Virus record (IMG/VR): IMGVR_UViG_3300023174_000064
Span: 1 to 64,000 of that record
Length of the DNA stretch: 64,000 nucleotides
Reading direction: 5' to 3' (one strand)
DNA from: a virus
Below, piece by piece: positions 18,133-28,745 of this stretch. The notes under the pieces are model-generated. The model worked only from the letters and a program-made list of their open reading frames with translations. It searched no databases and had not been told where the DNA came from. A program made the translations under genes and the position numbers. The number at the start of each line of letters is the position of its first letter. Position 1 is the first letter of the stretch.

Positions 18133-18930
18133 ATGAACACCAATAACGAAATGAATATTATTCGCGGTATACTAAACGAACAAGTCGATATAGTTACTCC
18201 TGAATCTGCTTCTATATTCACACCATCATCGTCTGTGCCCGGTTCTGTTAATCCTCAAACTAAACGACCACTATCGCACGAAGAACTAATGGATTTGGTT
18301 AAAAAGTCTTTAGAACAAACACAAGACGCTTTACAATCAGCTGGCAGAAGAGATGCTGCTGTTACACAATATCGAAACAGTGCTCCGGCTGCTCCTAATG
18401 AAGCAGCAATTCGCCAAGACGCTCGTGCAAGCTTTACAACCGATGGACACTGGGATGCAGAAAAGTATAAAGCTTGGAGAGCAGGCAGGGCTGCAGAAGG
18501 TGCAGAATGGGCACAACGCGGTGAAGCTAGAGATAAAGTTAATGCTGTTAGAAAAGAAAATGAAAGATATCTTGGCGATCTTAAAGCCAATCTACAACAG
18601 TCTAGAACAGCCAAGACTCCTGAAGAAAGAACTGGAGCCTTCAATATGGCCATGACTAATGTTGATACCTTTATTTCTAATGCTGAAAGCCGACAACAAA
18701 AAATAGATGCAGACAGAACTGCAAGAACGACTGCTCAAACATCCAATACTGAAACAAAAACAATTCCTGGTATGGACGCTCCTCCACCAACAGAATACTA
18801 TAAGAAACACCCAGAATTATGGGAAAAACGAAAACAAGCAGTAGTTGATTTTAATGCATCTAAAACTGCGGAAGAACGCCAACGACACTTGGATATTGTT
18901 AAACAATTAGATGCTCCATCAGGCTACTAA
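18133..18930 (+). CDS. Putative head-internal helical protein
   Basis: ATAAATA 18080-18086, AAGGA SD; MNTNNEMNIIRGILNEQ leader. Confidence 0.65.
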   Translation: MNTNNEMNIIRGILNEQVDIVTPESASIFTPSSSVPGSVNPQTKRPLSHEELMDLVKKSLEQTQDALQSAGRRDAAVTQYRNSAPAAPNEAAIRQDARASFTTDGHWDAEKYKAWRAGRAAEGAEWAQRGEARDKVNAVRKENERYLGDLKANLQQSRTAKTPEERTGAFNMAMTNVDTFISNAESRQQKIDADRTARTTAQTSNTETKTIPGMDAPPPTEYYKKHPELWEKRKQAVVDFNASKTAEERQRHLDIVKQLDAPSGY

Positions 18931-18962
18931 ATAATATAAATAATATATTACAAAGGATTAAA

Positions 18963-20390
18963 ATGCATAATCTTCCAACCAACAACGAAACTAATCTTAT
19001 TCGTGATATTTTTTCTCAAAGTTCTAAACTAATTAATGAACAAGCTCGGCCTGGACGCAGAGGTAAAGGAAAAGAACGAGAAAAAGATGAAGGTAAAGGT
19101 GGAGAACCATTAAGTGCTGCAGAACGTGCCGCTCGTGACGCTCCAGAAGTAATGCCAACAGACGCTACTGGTCAAGGTGTTCTGTTCCCGGAATTAGTCG
19201 GAGAACTTCCTGCATCAAAAAATCCTATGGATATGGCTGCAGATAGTGTGGTGGATCCTCATTACCCAGAAACCGTACAATCAGAATTTTGGTCATTAGA
19301 AACACCACCAAGCGAACCTACACCATTAACAGGAAAAGGTTCTAAAGGTATCCGAATGCGGGATCTCACTGGCAAAGAAATAAGAGCAGTATATGGAGAA
19401 CCATTTGTTACTATAGGTGATGCGTCACTTCCTATGGGTATGTACCAATGGAGAACAAATAATCCTTATACACCACCTGCACCCAGAAAAGCGAAAGATG
19501 GAATTGTACCACCAACTCCTACACCAACTCCGACTCCCACACCAACTCCTACACCAACTCCGACTCCCACACCAACTCCTACACCTCCTCCTATTGATTC
19601 GGGAGATAAAGGCGACAAAGGCGATGCAGGCATTCCTGGCCTTAAAGGTGATAAAGGCGATAAAGGCGATGCAGGCATTCCAGGCGAAAAGGGTGATCGT
19701 GGTATTCCCGGAGAAAAAGGCGATAAAGGTGATGCAGGCAAAAGATCGTGGTTCGGAGCTCTTGGATTGCTTGGTGGTATTGGTATAATTCCATACATCT
19801 TACCTTATGGTGAAAAATCATCAGACAATACTAAATCACCACCACAAACACCACCAACTCCACCAACTCCAACCCCAGGTCCAGTTTCACCAACCCCAAC
19901 CCCAGGTCCAACACCACCAAAAAAATTAGGTCCTCCAGCTCCTCCAAAACGACCTGATTGGATGCCTAATGTACCGTACGTTCCAACATCTCCTAAACCA
20001 GAACAAACTAAACAACCAGGTAGTCTTCCACTAGTAACTTCAGGTAGAGGAGAACGTGCAGATCAACCACAAAAATCTGGAATGCCTAGAGATATAGAAA
20101 CCAGACCAGCCATGGACGAGGCAGAGTTAGTTCGAGTAGTTCCTGGTTCGCAGTCTTGGAATCAAATGAGTGCAGACCAACAAGAAAAAGTGAGACAACA
20201 CTACCGTTCCGGTAAATCAAATTTGAGTATTCGTTTTAAGAACGGTCAATTTGATGAACCAGGTTATGGTGATCAAGGTCAACACGGAGATATAGTTAAA
20301 GCATTAAATCGTGGATCACGATCACCAACAGAACGTCAGATTCAAGAATCTCTAATGAGTATTGCAAATAAAATTATGAACCAAGGTTAA
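18963..20390 (+). CDS. Putative head-internal protein with PT repeats, collagen segment and TM helix
   Basis: TNNETNLIRDIF..KLINEQ leader; (PT)n; GDK-GDA-GIP collagen; WFGALGLLGGIGIIPYILPY. Confidence 0.7.
   Translation: MHNLPTNNETNLIRDIFSQSSKLINEQARPGRRGKGKEREKDEGKGGEPLSAAERAARDAPEVMPTDATGQGVLFPELVGELPASKNPMDMAADSVVDPHYPETVQSEFWSLETPPSEPTPLTGKGSKGIRMRDLTGKEIRAVYGEPFVTIGDASLPMGMYQWRTNNPYTPPAPRKAKDGIVPPTPTPTPTPTPTPTPTPTPTPTPTPPPIDSGDKGDKGDAGIPGLKGDKGDKGDAGIPGEKGDRGIPGEKGDKGDAGKRSWFGALGLLGGIGIIPYILPYGEKSSDNTKSPPQTPPTPPTPTPGPVSPTPTPGPTPPKKLGPPAPPKRPDWMPNVPYVPTSPKPEQTKQPGSLPLVTSGRGERADQPQKSGMPRDIETRPAMDEAELVRVVPGSQSWNQMSADQQEKVRQHYRSGKSNLSIRFKNGQFDEPGYGDQGQHGDIVKALNRGSRSPTERQIQESLMSIANKIMNQG
19509..19741 (+). 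repeat. (Pro-Thr)n tract followed by Gly-X-Y collagen repeat
   Basis: CCAACTCCTACA/CCGACTCCCACA repeats; about 15 G-X-Y triplets. Confidence 0.9.
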
Positions 20391-20403
20391 TAGGAAATTA
20401 CAA

Positions 20404-22062
20404 ATGGATAAGAAACAAATATTAGAAGCTTTAAAAGACACTATAAACAAAATAACAAATCCTTATGAAACATCCAAAGAAAATTCTGAGGATGATGGTG
20501 GTACCACAATACAAGTAGATAATGAGGATGATATTGTTGATTTGGGTAGTCAAGAAGTAGAATTTCCAAAGCATTTAATACAAGCTCCATATCCACCGGA
20601 AGGAACACATGCTGAATGGAATGAGTTTATTCCTGGTTATTTGCCGTTAATCAAGAAAAAGGATGAAGAAGAAACTAAAGCTCCTTCTTCTATTGCCGAC
20701 GTGTATGCAAGAGATCCCAGATTTGCTCCTCAAGAACCAAATGCTGGTCTTAAATTAGGTCGTACTATTACTATTCCGCCTCCTCCTCTTCCAGAACAAC
20801 CAAAGAATACATCAGTAAAAGCCAAGAAAATGGCGGATGATATCATATCTGGTATTAAAGCTACTGATGCAGAAATGGGCGGTAATAGAATAGCTAATAA
20901 TATCATATCTGGTATTAAAGCTACTGATGCAGAAATGGGCGGTAATAGAATAGCTAATAATATCATATCTGGTATTAAAACTTCTTCTTCTACTGTTGAT
21001 GTGGATGCAAGAGATCCCAGATTTGCTCCTCAAGAACCAAATGCTGGTCTTAAATTGGGTCGTAATATTACTATTCCGCCTCCTCCTCTTCCAAAACAAC
21101 CCATGGATCGTGCTGTTAAGCAATTTAGAAACCGCGAAGAAGAACAGAATGTTGTAAAGGATTTTAATCAACAAACAAAAAGCACATTATCTGCGGAAGA
21201 TCAAAAAAGAAAAGCAGAATTTGATCAATATCAAAAAGATTACGAGCAATATCAAAAAGATTACGATCAATGGGCAAAGGATAATCCAGAAGCATTAAAG
21301 CAAAGATTGCGTCAACAAAGAAGAGAATTCCACGGAAAAGACCCAGCATATGTAACCACTACTGGAGATGAAATTTACAATCCAGAAATAGCTGCTAAAG
21401 TGAAAGCACAAGAACAACAAATTGCACAAATGAATGCAAATACTGCAGCAATGAATGCAGAATCAGAAAAAATTCAAAAAGAAATTGACAGACTTGCTAG
21501 CGGTCAACCAAGCGAGGCTTACGAAAGAAAAAGACTTGGCATTCCTGATGATGGTTCCAGAAGACCAGATACTAGACAAACATCACAAAAATTACCAATG
21601 GGAGGTGGACGTATGGCAGAAGAAAATTCATCGTATTATTACCGTCGTTTAGCAAATCTGTTTGAAGAAACTAGAGAACCATCAGGTCCTCAAGTTAATC
21701 AAGCAGCATACGGATTTAATGCTAGAGGTGGCAGAAATGCACGAAAAGCTTTAGCAAGTCTTCAAAGTGGTATGTGGAGAGGTGATTCCACTGCTAAAGG
21801 ATCTACTCGTAATCCTAATAAAGAAAGAAACGTAGGTAAAAGAGAATTGTCTGGAGAAGACATTAAACAAGCAGTTGCAACACTATATACTGCTGCAATG
21901 GAACATCCAGAATTTAAAAGAATGTTTGAAACTGGAGAATTTGGAAAGGCTCATATAATGAGTCCAAGTTCGGCTGCTCATAGAGCATTATTGGCAAAAT
22001 ATCCTCAAGGACATGAGGTGCATCAAGCGTCTGCAAAGATTTCTGAATACGGAAATAAATAA
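20404..22062 (+). CDS. Putative head-internal protein with internal duplications
   Basis: AGGA SD; duplicated DV.ARDPRFAPQEPNAGLKLGR.ITIPPPPLP; MAEENSSYYYRRLANLFEE. Confidence 0.65.
   Translation: MDKKQILEALKDTINKITNPYETSKENSEDDGGTTIQVDNEDDIVDLGSQEVEFPKHLIQAPYPPEGTHAEWNEFIPGYLPLIKKKDEEETKAPSSIADVYARDPRFAPQEPNAGLKLGRTITIPPPPLPEQPKNTSVKAKKMADDIISGIKATDAEMGGNRIANNIISGIKATDAEMGGNRIANNIISGIKTSSSTVDVDARDPRFAPQEPNAGLKLGRNITIPPPPLPKQPMDRAVKQFRNREEEQNVVKDFNQQTKSTLSAEDQKRKAEFDQYQKDYEQYQKDYDQWAKDNPEALKQRLRQQRREFHGKDPAYVTTTGDEIYNPEIAAKVKAQEQQIAQMNANTAAMNAESEKIQKEIDRLASGQPSEAYERKRLGIPDDGSRRPDTRQTSQKLPMGGGRMAEENSSYYYRRLANLFEETREPSGPQVNQAAYGFNARGGRNARKALASLQSGMWRGDSTAKGSTRNPNKERNVGKRELSGEDIKQAVATLYTAAMEHPEFKRMFETGEFGKAHIMSPSSAAHRALLAKYPQGHEVHQASAKISEYGNK
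20698..21102 (+). repeat. Nested in-frame duplications: 105-bp pair 300 bp apart enclosing a 60-bp tandem
   Basis: 20698-20802 vs 20998-21102 (6 mismatches by eye); 60-bp unit x2.3 at about 20840-20979. Confidence 0.9.
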
Positions 22063-22063
22063 T

Positions 22064-22094
22064 AAAAAACCCCGGCCTGAAAGCCGGGGTTTTT
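22064..22094. terminator. Bidirectional intrinsic terminator
   Basis: AAAAAACCCCGGC-ctgaaa-GCCGGGGTTTTT at the junction of late (+) and replication (-) blocks. Confidence 0.9.
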
Positions 22095-22112
22095 GTTTAC
22101 ACTCAGTTTATC

Positions 22113-22394
22113 TCACAGCGGAATGCGTGAGTTTAGTCCGGTGGTTTTCTTCTTGGGAAGAGCCTCCATCGTATTATCCAGATCTCGGTAAATTTCTAGC
22201 AGATCACGGTCGTGACGATCTTCCATTTCATTTACCTTGCCGTTAATATAGTCCATGTTATTACGGATCTCTTGATGCATCTGTTCACTCTCTCGCTCGC
22301 GTTCAAACTTACCAACAATGTTTTGACGGTAAGCAACAAAAGCCAAAACGATAGTGAAAATAAAATTTAATAAAACTAGATTATCAGTGTTCAT
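22113..22394 (-). CDS. Hypothetical single-TM coiled-coil protein
   Basis: AAAGGA SD before ATG 22394; LVLLNFIFTIVLAFVAY TM. Confidence 0.65.
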   Translation of the reverse strand: MNTDNLVLLNFIFTIVLAFVAYRQNIVGKFERERESEQMHQEIRNNMDYINGKVNEMEDRHDRDLLEIYRDLDNTMEALPKKKTTGLNSRIPL

Positions 22395-22405
22395 AATGTA
22401 TCCTT

Positions 22406-24325
22406 TCAATTATTAGTCAAATCAACCAGTTCACACTTGTCTCCGCTACAAGCGAAGGTTTGTGTTCCAATAGTGGAATCCATCTTTTCCCACTTCTTCA
22501 ATTCACTCCAATCAACATCCTTTGGAGTTGCAGTCAGTAGTTCTTCGTATTGCTCCTTGGTGCAGTCTTGGTATGGAGCCTGACGATAAGAGTGGTCTGA
22601 GTGTGGTAGGAACGAAATACCACTAATCTCATCAAAGTGTTTGTACACCCAAGCACCAACTTCCATCCACTCGTGTTCCTTCACAGTCACGGTGATTGAC
22701 GGCTTGTGTTCGCACCAGTAACGTTGATAAGTCAACCATAACTCTAAATGCTCGATGGCTGTCATATCGTTACGAGTAACTGAACCTACCGCCTTCATTG
22801 GGAACGAGAAAACCATAACGTTCTCAGGCTTCATCACACACGGCTCGTGAGTAAAGCCCTTCTCAATCATCATCTGACACAGAGGATCCTTACGATCTGC
22901 ACGAACAGTGCGGATGTAGTACTCGTTGTGGCGAGCGTGGATACCGGATGCCGCATCAGTAAGTTGAGAAACAGTACCACTTGGCTTGATGCAAGTAATA
23001 GCAGCAGCCGCATTAATGCCTAACTTCTTGGCCCATTCTGCATTAGTCTTAACGGCTGTCTCTTTCAGATTGGCAAGATTAGCCTTTAGACCGTGTGTAT
23101 CACGCATCATCTTGTTGTCCAGAATGCCAGTGAGTGATACACCAAGCAGAGCCTCTTCTTCGCAGTTCTTCTTCCACTCGCTGGATAGGTACGGGAAGTT
23201 GGTTAGTGAGGCTTGCCATGTGCCTAGAATAGACGCCAGACGAACCTTGCGTTGCAGTGACTCCATGGTGTCGGTATCACGAACAATCACTTCTGTCAGA
23301 TTGCAGAACTGACGATCTCGCAGAATAATTTCTGAGCAAGGATTGGTACCGAACTCGTAAGTTGCGTCACGACGATCACCCAGTTTGGCTACCGTCTTTT
23401 GGCAAGCGTCACGATTAAAGATACCACGCTCACCACTCTTGCTCTTGTACAAGGATACCCATTCTTCCATAAAGGTACCAATCTCTGGCTTCTCCTTATA
23501 CACTACACTATTATTCGCAAGTGCTCTTTGAGGATTAGCTTCCCACCATGCTCCAGTCTTAGCATCACGCATCCGTTCATCGGTAAGATTTGAAAGGCTG
23601 ATAAGAGCCGATCTACGGACTCCTCCGACCACCACAATTTCCGCAACCTTGCAGACGAGATCGTGGCATTCGATGGAGGTGAGCTTCCGTCCAGCACTTC
23701 TTCTAAATGTATCCACTGTGAACCTAAACAGATCATCCAGTGGCTTTGGGCCAGACGCACGACCTCCAAAAGTTTTGAGTCGGGCACCAGCAGGGCGTAC
23801 TTTAGATAAGTCCCATCTTGGAATTTGACCACCAATAAGTAGGGAGATAAGCTCTTTGTAAGCCTTAGCCCAACCAGCCTTGCTGTCTTGTACAATGATC
23901 GTCGTGTCTGAGTCAGTAAACTGTTCAGCGACTGTAGGAAGTTTGTCCACATATTGTCTCTCCACGGAGAATCCTACTCCGGTTCCACACATCAGAATAT
24001 AAAGAATTTCATCGAAAGCACGAACACGATTAACAGCAACATACGAGCAGTTATAACCAGCAGTGTTGTCACGATCCAAAGCCTCGCCTGCAGTCATTAG
24101 TGAACGCATTGAAGGCATGATTTCTTGGTTCAGAACTGCTTGACGAAGTTCTTCACGAGTTTCCTTGTCAAGCTTACACTTAGTGCTGTTCTTAAGATGC
24201 TTATCAAAGTAATCAAAGTAACGGTTCACCGTTTCTTCCCAAGTCTCACGACGACCTTCGGTTTCTAGCCAACGACTGTAACGGGAAAGATGAATGAACT
24301 CTTGATAAGCTGTAGGTAAATGCAT
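22406..24325 (-). CDS. nrdJ: Class II (adenosylcobalamin-dependent) ribonucleotide reductase
   Basis: PSMR, YNCSY, VGGVRRSA, GTNPCSEI, TCIKPSGT, C-terminal CSGDKC; no nrdB nearby. Confidence 0.9.
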   Translation of the reverse strand: MHLPTAYQEFIHLSRYSRWLETEGRRETWEETVNRYFDYFDKHLKNSTKCKLDKETREELRQAVLNQEIMPSMRSLMTAGEALDRDNTAGYNCSYVAVNRVRAFDEILYILMCGTGVGFSVERQYVDKLPTVAEQFTDSDTTIIVQDSKAGWAKAYKELISLLIGGQIPRWDLSKVRPAGARLKTFGGRASGPKPLDDLFRFTVDTFRRSAGRKLTSIECHDLVCKVAEIVVVGGVRRSALISLSNLTDERMRDAKTGAWWEANPQRALANNSVVYKEKPEIGTFMEEWVSLYKSKSGERGIFNRDACQKTVAKLGDRRDATYEFGTNPCSEIILRDRQFCNLTEVIVRDTDTMESLQRKVRLASILGTWQASLTNFPYLSSEWKKNCEEEALLGVSLTGILDNKMMRDTHGLKANLANLKETAVKTNAEWAKKLGINAAAAITCIKPSGTVSQLTDAASGIHARHNEYYIRTVRADRKDPLCQMMIEKGFTHEPCVMKPENVMVFSFPMKAVGSVTRNDMTAIEHLELWLTYQRYWCEHKPSITVTVKEHEWMEVGAWVYKHFDEISGISFLPHSDHSYRQAPYQDCTKEQYEELLTATPKDVDWSELKKWEKMDSTIGTQTFACSGDKCELVDLTNN

Positions 24326-24355
24326 ATTTAATTTTCTCCTGTTTGTTAAGTAAGT

Positions 24356-25048
24356 TTATTTAGCGGTCAGAACTGCCCAAGAATGCGGAAATAACGGTTC
24401 CAGAATTTTTCCAATTGCTGCTGCGTACTGTTGGACCTCCCATTGGGCATGGGTGTCTATTCGTTGTTTAAAGACACGAGCGTACGCTGAGAGCGATCCG
24501 GTCCACCACCACTCGGTGTAGGTACCTTGTGGCAATAAAGCTCGGGCTTGCTCAGGGGCAACCCCTTCTTTTAATAATGTTTTGTATATTTCCACCGAGT
24601 CCAAAGCAATCCTATTATACACCCGATCCAGGTCCTCGACAACTGGATCGTACATAAAATCTGAACTTCCTTGTTTGGCTCCGTCTGTGGGAGCAGAACG
24701 CCAGTCAGGAGTGTAAAATTCTGGTTCTGCCGTTACATACCGACGAGAAACTTCGTTTTCCGTAAATCCCACTTTATGTTTAAAAAGTTGGGTTCTTACA
24801 AAAATTGGAGCTTTGATTCGCAAGGTAATCTGCGGGTGCGCAAATGGCGTCCAGTGGTTGTGCTCGGCCAAATACTTGATGAGTTTTTGGTCTCTCTGTG
24901 ATAACTGACGTGAACCATCCTCTGCTGTTTCCCACTCACTGGTTTTAGCGAATGAGACCCTAGCAGCATTTGCCACCATAAGATCTGAGCCCATATGTTC
25001 GATATATTCAACATGTCCTTTGTCCAGTACATTAATTGTTTGCTTCAT
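24356..25048 (-). CDS. thyX: Flavin-dependent thymidylate synthase
   Basis: VANAARVS, HWTPF, APIFVRTQLFKH..NEVSRRY, EQAR..LP, HAQWE. Confidence 0.95.
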   Translation of the reverse strand: MKQTINVLDKGHVEYIEHMGSDLMVANAARVSFAKTSEWETAEDGSRQLSQRDQKLIKYLAEHNHWTPFAHPQITLRIKAPIFVRTQLFKHKVGFTENEVSRRYVTAEPEFYTPDWRSAPTDGAKQGSSDFMYDPVVEDLDRVYNRIALDSVEIYKTLLKEGVAPEQARALLPQGTYTEWWWTGSLSAYARVFKQRIDTHAQWEVQQYAAAIGKILEPLFPHSWAVLTAK

Positions 25049-25322
25049 AATTATCATCATCAAAATCTAAATCTTCTTCAATGTCGTCTTCATCAACATT
25101 CTTGTCTTCAACCAGTTCGTCAAAATCAATTTCAAAATCTGTTATATCCAAGTCTGTATGATCTTGCGCGTACTTATGTGCCTTCTTATACATGTCTGGA
25201 TCAATTTCTTTCACGTATTCCATAAACATAAAACAGAAAACTATAATTGGATTGTTTGTATCCATTTCAATTTCTTCAAACTCTTCCCCTTCGTCTTCTG
25301 GCTTGTTTACATCTTCTTCCAT
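25032..25322 (-). CDS. Highly acidic hypothetical protein
   Basis: AAGGA SD; D/E-rich termini; overlaps primase and thyX. Confidence 0.6.
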   Translation of the reverse strand: MEEDVNKPEDEGEEFEEIEMDTNNPIIVFCFMFMEYVKEIDPDMYKKAHKYAQDHTDLDITDFEIDFDELVEDKNVDEDDIEEDLDFDDDNYEANN

Positions 25323-26344
25323 TTATTGATCCTTATTTGTGCTTCTAGACCTGACGCAGAGTTACTGTTAATGATATTTAGGATTTCCTTGGCGTCCATA
25401 CCACCCATGATCATATCATTAATATCCTTAAACTTCATACTTTCTGGCCACACACAAACCTTTTTATTTTCTTTCACTAAGCGTTCCATGGTGTGAATAA
25501 CTTGCACGTTTCGTGGTTCATTATCCATCACAAAAATCATGGGACGATCTTTAATATATTTTGGAATATTAAACGCATCACTCATTCCTACAGTTGCAAC
25601 ACAGTTAGGAATGAAAAGAGAATCCAGTGGACCTTCTACAACATATATGGTGCCTAGTGCGTTCACACGATCCAGGCCGTACCAAGACTTGTGTTCTTCT
25701 TCTTTCGGCTTGATGGTGATGTAACGAACCGACTTGCGAGCGTTACGGTCTGTGGACACCTTGATGATGCGACCTTGTGCTCCAACCAGATGACCCTTGT
25801 GGTCTAAAATTGGAATTACTAGACGACTTTCAGCATCTAGTGCTTCTGCCGTTTCTGGATTGATTCGCTTGGCCCAGTCAGCAAAATTTTCCGCATAATA
25901 TAGATGCTTCCACATTGCCTTGGGAATTTGACGTAACTCTACAAATTGACGACACGCATGATTAGGAGGAAGTTCTGCAACCATTGGAAGCTCAATATTG
26001 TACTTCTTCTTGGGTTTATTGGAGAATAACATGTCCTTCTTTTCCTTTTTTGGTGGGTTAGAGAGATTCTTTTCCTTGAACTTTTCTAGACTGTACTCTT
26101 TACATAGGCTTGGAGAAACTTGACTCATAAAGTTGTATAAGTTCAATCCAACACTACAGTTATGGCATTTAAAAAAGAATTCACCTTTCTTCTCAAAGAA
26201 AAAACCACGAGCCTTAACTTTATTCTTTGTAGAATCACCACAGATCGGACAACGACAGTTGGCAAGATTGTCTTTTTTCCAACTGAATCGCTCTAGTTGA
26301 CCAGACATCAGATTAATAAATTTTTTATCAATAAAAATTGTCAT
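25307..26344 (-). CDS. gp61: T4 gp61-like DNA primase
   Basis: CRCPICGDS...CHNC zinc finger; VVEGPLDSLF, DNEPRN, KDINDM TOPRIM motifs. Confidence 0.95.
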   Translation of the reverse strand: MTIFIDKKFINLMSGQLERFSWKKDNLANCRCPICGDSTKNKVKARGFFFEKKGEFFFKCHNCSVGLNLYNFMSQVSPSLCKEYSLEKFKEKNLSNPPKKEKKDMLFSNKPKKKYNIELPMVAELPPNHACRQFVELRQIPKAMWKHLYYAENFADWAKRINPETAEALDAESRLVIPILDHKGHLVGAQGRIIKVSTDRNARKSVRYITIKPKEEEHKSWYGLDRVNALGTIYVVEGPLDSLFIPNCVATVGMSDAFNIPKYIKDRPMIFVMDNEPRNVQVIHTMERLVKENKKVCVWPESMKFKDINDMIMGGMDAKEILNIINSNSASGLEAQIRINKWKKM

Positions 26345-27735
26345 GAGCGATACCTTGAGAAATCCTTCTTACCAAACTTGTTGGTAAACTTTACTTCTTC
26401 TTGTTTTTCCGTTTCTTGTTCTTGGTTTGCGTCTGCAAGTTGTGGTTGTTCCACATCAAACAGCTTCATCTTGGCACGATTGATACCCACAATAAACTTA
26501 CGATTGATTGCGGTATCGTTGTATCGGTTCTTCAACTGCTTCACCATGATCTGATTCATCTCGTCTAGTTTCTCTGTGGAGATCAGGGCAAACATGAAAT
26601 CAGCGGTTGCAGGCAGACCAAATGATTCTGATGTGTCTTCCAAACCAATATCCGTGCTGGCAAATCCGATACGATTAACTTGTGTGGCAGACCAAATTGG
26701 AACACCACGCTCGGTTGCAAGACCACGAAGTTCTTCCGCAATCGCCTTGATGAAGGTGTAAGAGTTTACATTTGCTCCCGGCTTCATTCTGGAAGACGCA
26801 CAAATATTCAGATAATCAATCACAATCATGTCAGGCTTAAACTTCTTCTTCAGATTAAGTTCATCCAGTAGTACACGGAAATGATTTACATTTGCCGTGG
26901 CTGTTGGATACTCCTTGATGATCAATTTACCCTTGGCGTTTTGCTTCAGATTGGCAATCTTCTTGTCGTATGTTTCTTTGGGAAGTTCACGCAGAGAATC
27001 CAAAGTAATATCCAGCAGATTTGCGTCGATACGCTCTGCGATTCGTTCTTCCGCCATTTCACAGGTGATATACAGAACATTCATGCCTTGATTCAGGCAG
27101 TTAGCTGCATGATGACAAAGGAATAGAGACTTACCGACTCCAGTACCTGCCATTACTATATTTAGGGTTTTGGTGGGCGTACCACCGTTTGTAATGGTAT
27201 TAAAGAAGTCTAGATCAAACGGAATACGCTTCTCCGTCTTGTGGTAAAACTCGTATCGTGCTTCTGAATCTTCTAGGTAATCGTGACCGATATTAGTATC
27301 AAAACTAACTGCAAGAGCGTCAGACAAAATACTAGGAATAGCAGTTCGGATTTTGTCTTTGGACTTTCCATCCATGATTTGGATAGATTCCATGATGCCA
27401 TTGTAGAGAGCCTTCTCTTTGCAGAAGTTTTCAGTTTCTGTAACCAGCCAATCAAGATTGTGTTCCTCTGCTGACTTCTTGTTGAAGTCGTTCAACATTT
27501 CAATGCACTGATCATACTCGGTCTGACTAACACCCTTGTGCTTCTCAAGACAGATACTCATGGCATCCTTGGACGGACACGCATTATACCGCATCACAAA
27601 ATCGTGGATGCAAGTATACACCATTTGGACAGGCTTCCGGTGGAAGTACTCCGTCTTAATAAATGGAATAACTTTCTTGTAGAAGTCTTCTCGAAAGAGA
27701 AGAGCTTCCAGAAGCACTAATTCAAATTCTTTCAT
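26341..27735 (-). CDS. gp41: T4 gp41-like replicative helicase
   Basis: AGTGVGKS Walker [36 protein letters not shown]. Confidence 0.95.
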   Translation of the reverse strand: MKEFELVLLEALLFREDFYKKVIPFIKTEYFHRKPVQMVYTCIHDFVMRYNACPSKDAMSICLEKHKGVSQTEYDQCIEMLNDFNKKSAEEHNLDWLVTETENFCKEKALYNGIMESIQIMDGKSKDKIRTAIPSILSDALAVSFDTNIGHDYLEDSEARYEFYHKTEKRIPFDLDFFNTITNGGTPTKTLNIVMAGTGVGKSLFLCHHAANCLNQGMNVLYITCEMAEERIAERIDANLLDITLDSLRELPKETYDKKIANLKQNAKGKLIIKEYPTATANVNHFRVLLDELNLKKKFKPDMIVIDYLNICASSRMKPGANVNSYTFIKAIAEELRGLATERGVPIWSATQVNRIGFASTDIGLEDTSESFGLPATADFMFALISTEKLDEMNQIMVKQLKNRYNDTAINRKFIVGINRAKMKLFDVEQPQLADANQEQETEKQEEVKFTNKFGKKDFSRYRS

Positions 27736-28745
27736 TGTCCGTACTTAAATTCCTTGGCTACTGCTTCTTCTAAACGCTTCATGACATCTTCAGTGAAGAA
27801 CTTTTCTGGTTCCTCGTTGATGTTCTTCTCGAACGCCTTCTCACCACCAGGAAGTTCGATACGAGTAGACACCTTCTTGAATATATCATACTTTAGAGCC
27901 AAGTCAAGAAGTCCGTAGTAACGATTTAGACCACTATCGTAGTTTAGTCGAACGTCTACCATTTGGTTTTCCTTGGTGAGACGACTCTTGTACAACTTAC
28001 AGTGAATAATATTACCAACCACCTGACCGTCTGCATCCTTGTCCTTCTTCTTGGACAGGTAAACAATGGTAGAGGCTGCATACTTGAGGCCAGAGCCACC
28101 ACCCATTTCCTTGGTTGGAACATAAGAACCAATAACATCATAGGTGTGATTAGTCATTACTAGTGGAATACCAGCCTTGCCAAGCTTTAGGGTAAGCACA
28201 CGGAAAGTACTCTTGATGACTTGAGAACGAGTCATGTCACGCACTTCCTTGCCTTCAGCCGTATCGTTGATTTCCTTGCTGGTGCTCAACATACCCAGCG
28301 AGTCCAGTACAACCATCAGCGGCTTACGCTTGTCTGATTCTTGTTCCAGATACTTGTCCACAATCTTGATTAACTGATTACGGAACTCTTCAATGGTGGC
28401 AACCGGAAATACTGCCACACGCTTAGGATCAACACCGCGATCAATAAACATGTCGGAGGTTACCGCTTGTTCTGAATCAAAGTACAGCACCATGCCGTCT
28501 TTACGGTCATCCAGAAACTTGCGAACCATACCAAGCGAGAAGTACGTCTTACCAGTAGCAGACTCGCCAGCCAGCGCAATAATCTTGTTGTCCGCAATTC
28601 CACCGTACATGGAACCAGACACAAGCGCATTGAAAGCGTACGAGCCGGTGTCAATAAAGCCACGGACATCGCTGCCTTCAATACCGTCTTCAATCATACC
28701 TGCATACTGATTACCAGATTCTTTAATTAGTTCATTTAGATTCAT
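27732..28745 (-). CDS. uvsX: UvsX RecA-like recombinase
   Basis: [38 protein letters not shown]. Confidence 0.95.
   Translation of the reverse strand: MNLNELIKESGNQYAGMIEDGIEGSDVRGFIDTGSYAFNALVSGSMYGGIADNKIIALAGESATGKTYFSLGMVRKFLDDRKDGMVLYFDSEQAVTSDMFIDRGVDPKRVAVFPVATIEEFRNQLIKIVDKYLEQESDKRKPLMVVLDSLGMLSTSKEINDTAEGKEVRDMTRSQVIKSTFRVLTLKLGKAGIPLVMTNHTYDVIGSYVPTKEMGGGSGLKYAASTIVYLSKKKDKDADGQVVGNIIHCKLYKSRLTKENQMVDVRLNYDSGLNRYYGLLDLALKYDIFKKVSTRIELPGGEKAFEKNINEEPEKFFTEDVMKRLEEAVAKEFKYGQ

Noticed and set aside
20698-21102. DGR template/variable repeat pair (also considered for 35200-35830)
   Set aside because: Mismatches are not confined to adenines, both copies are in-frame in one gene, and no reverse transcriptase is in the window
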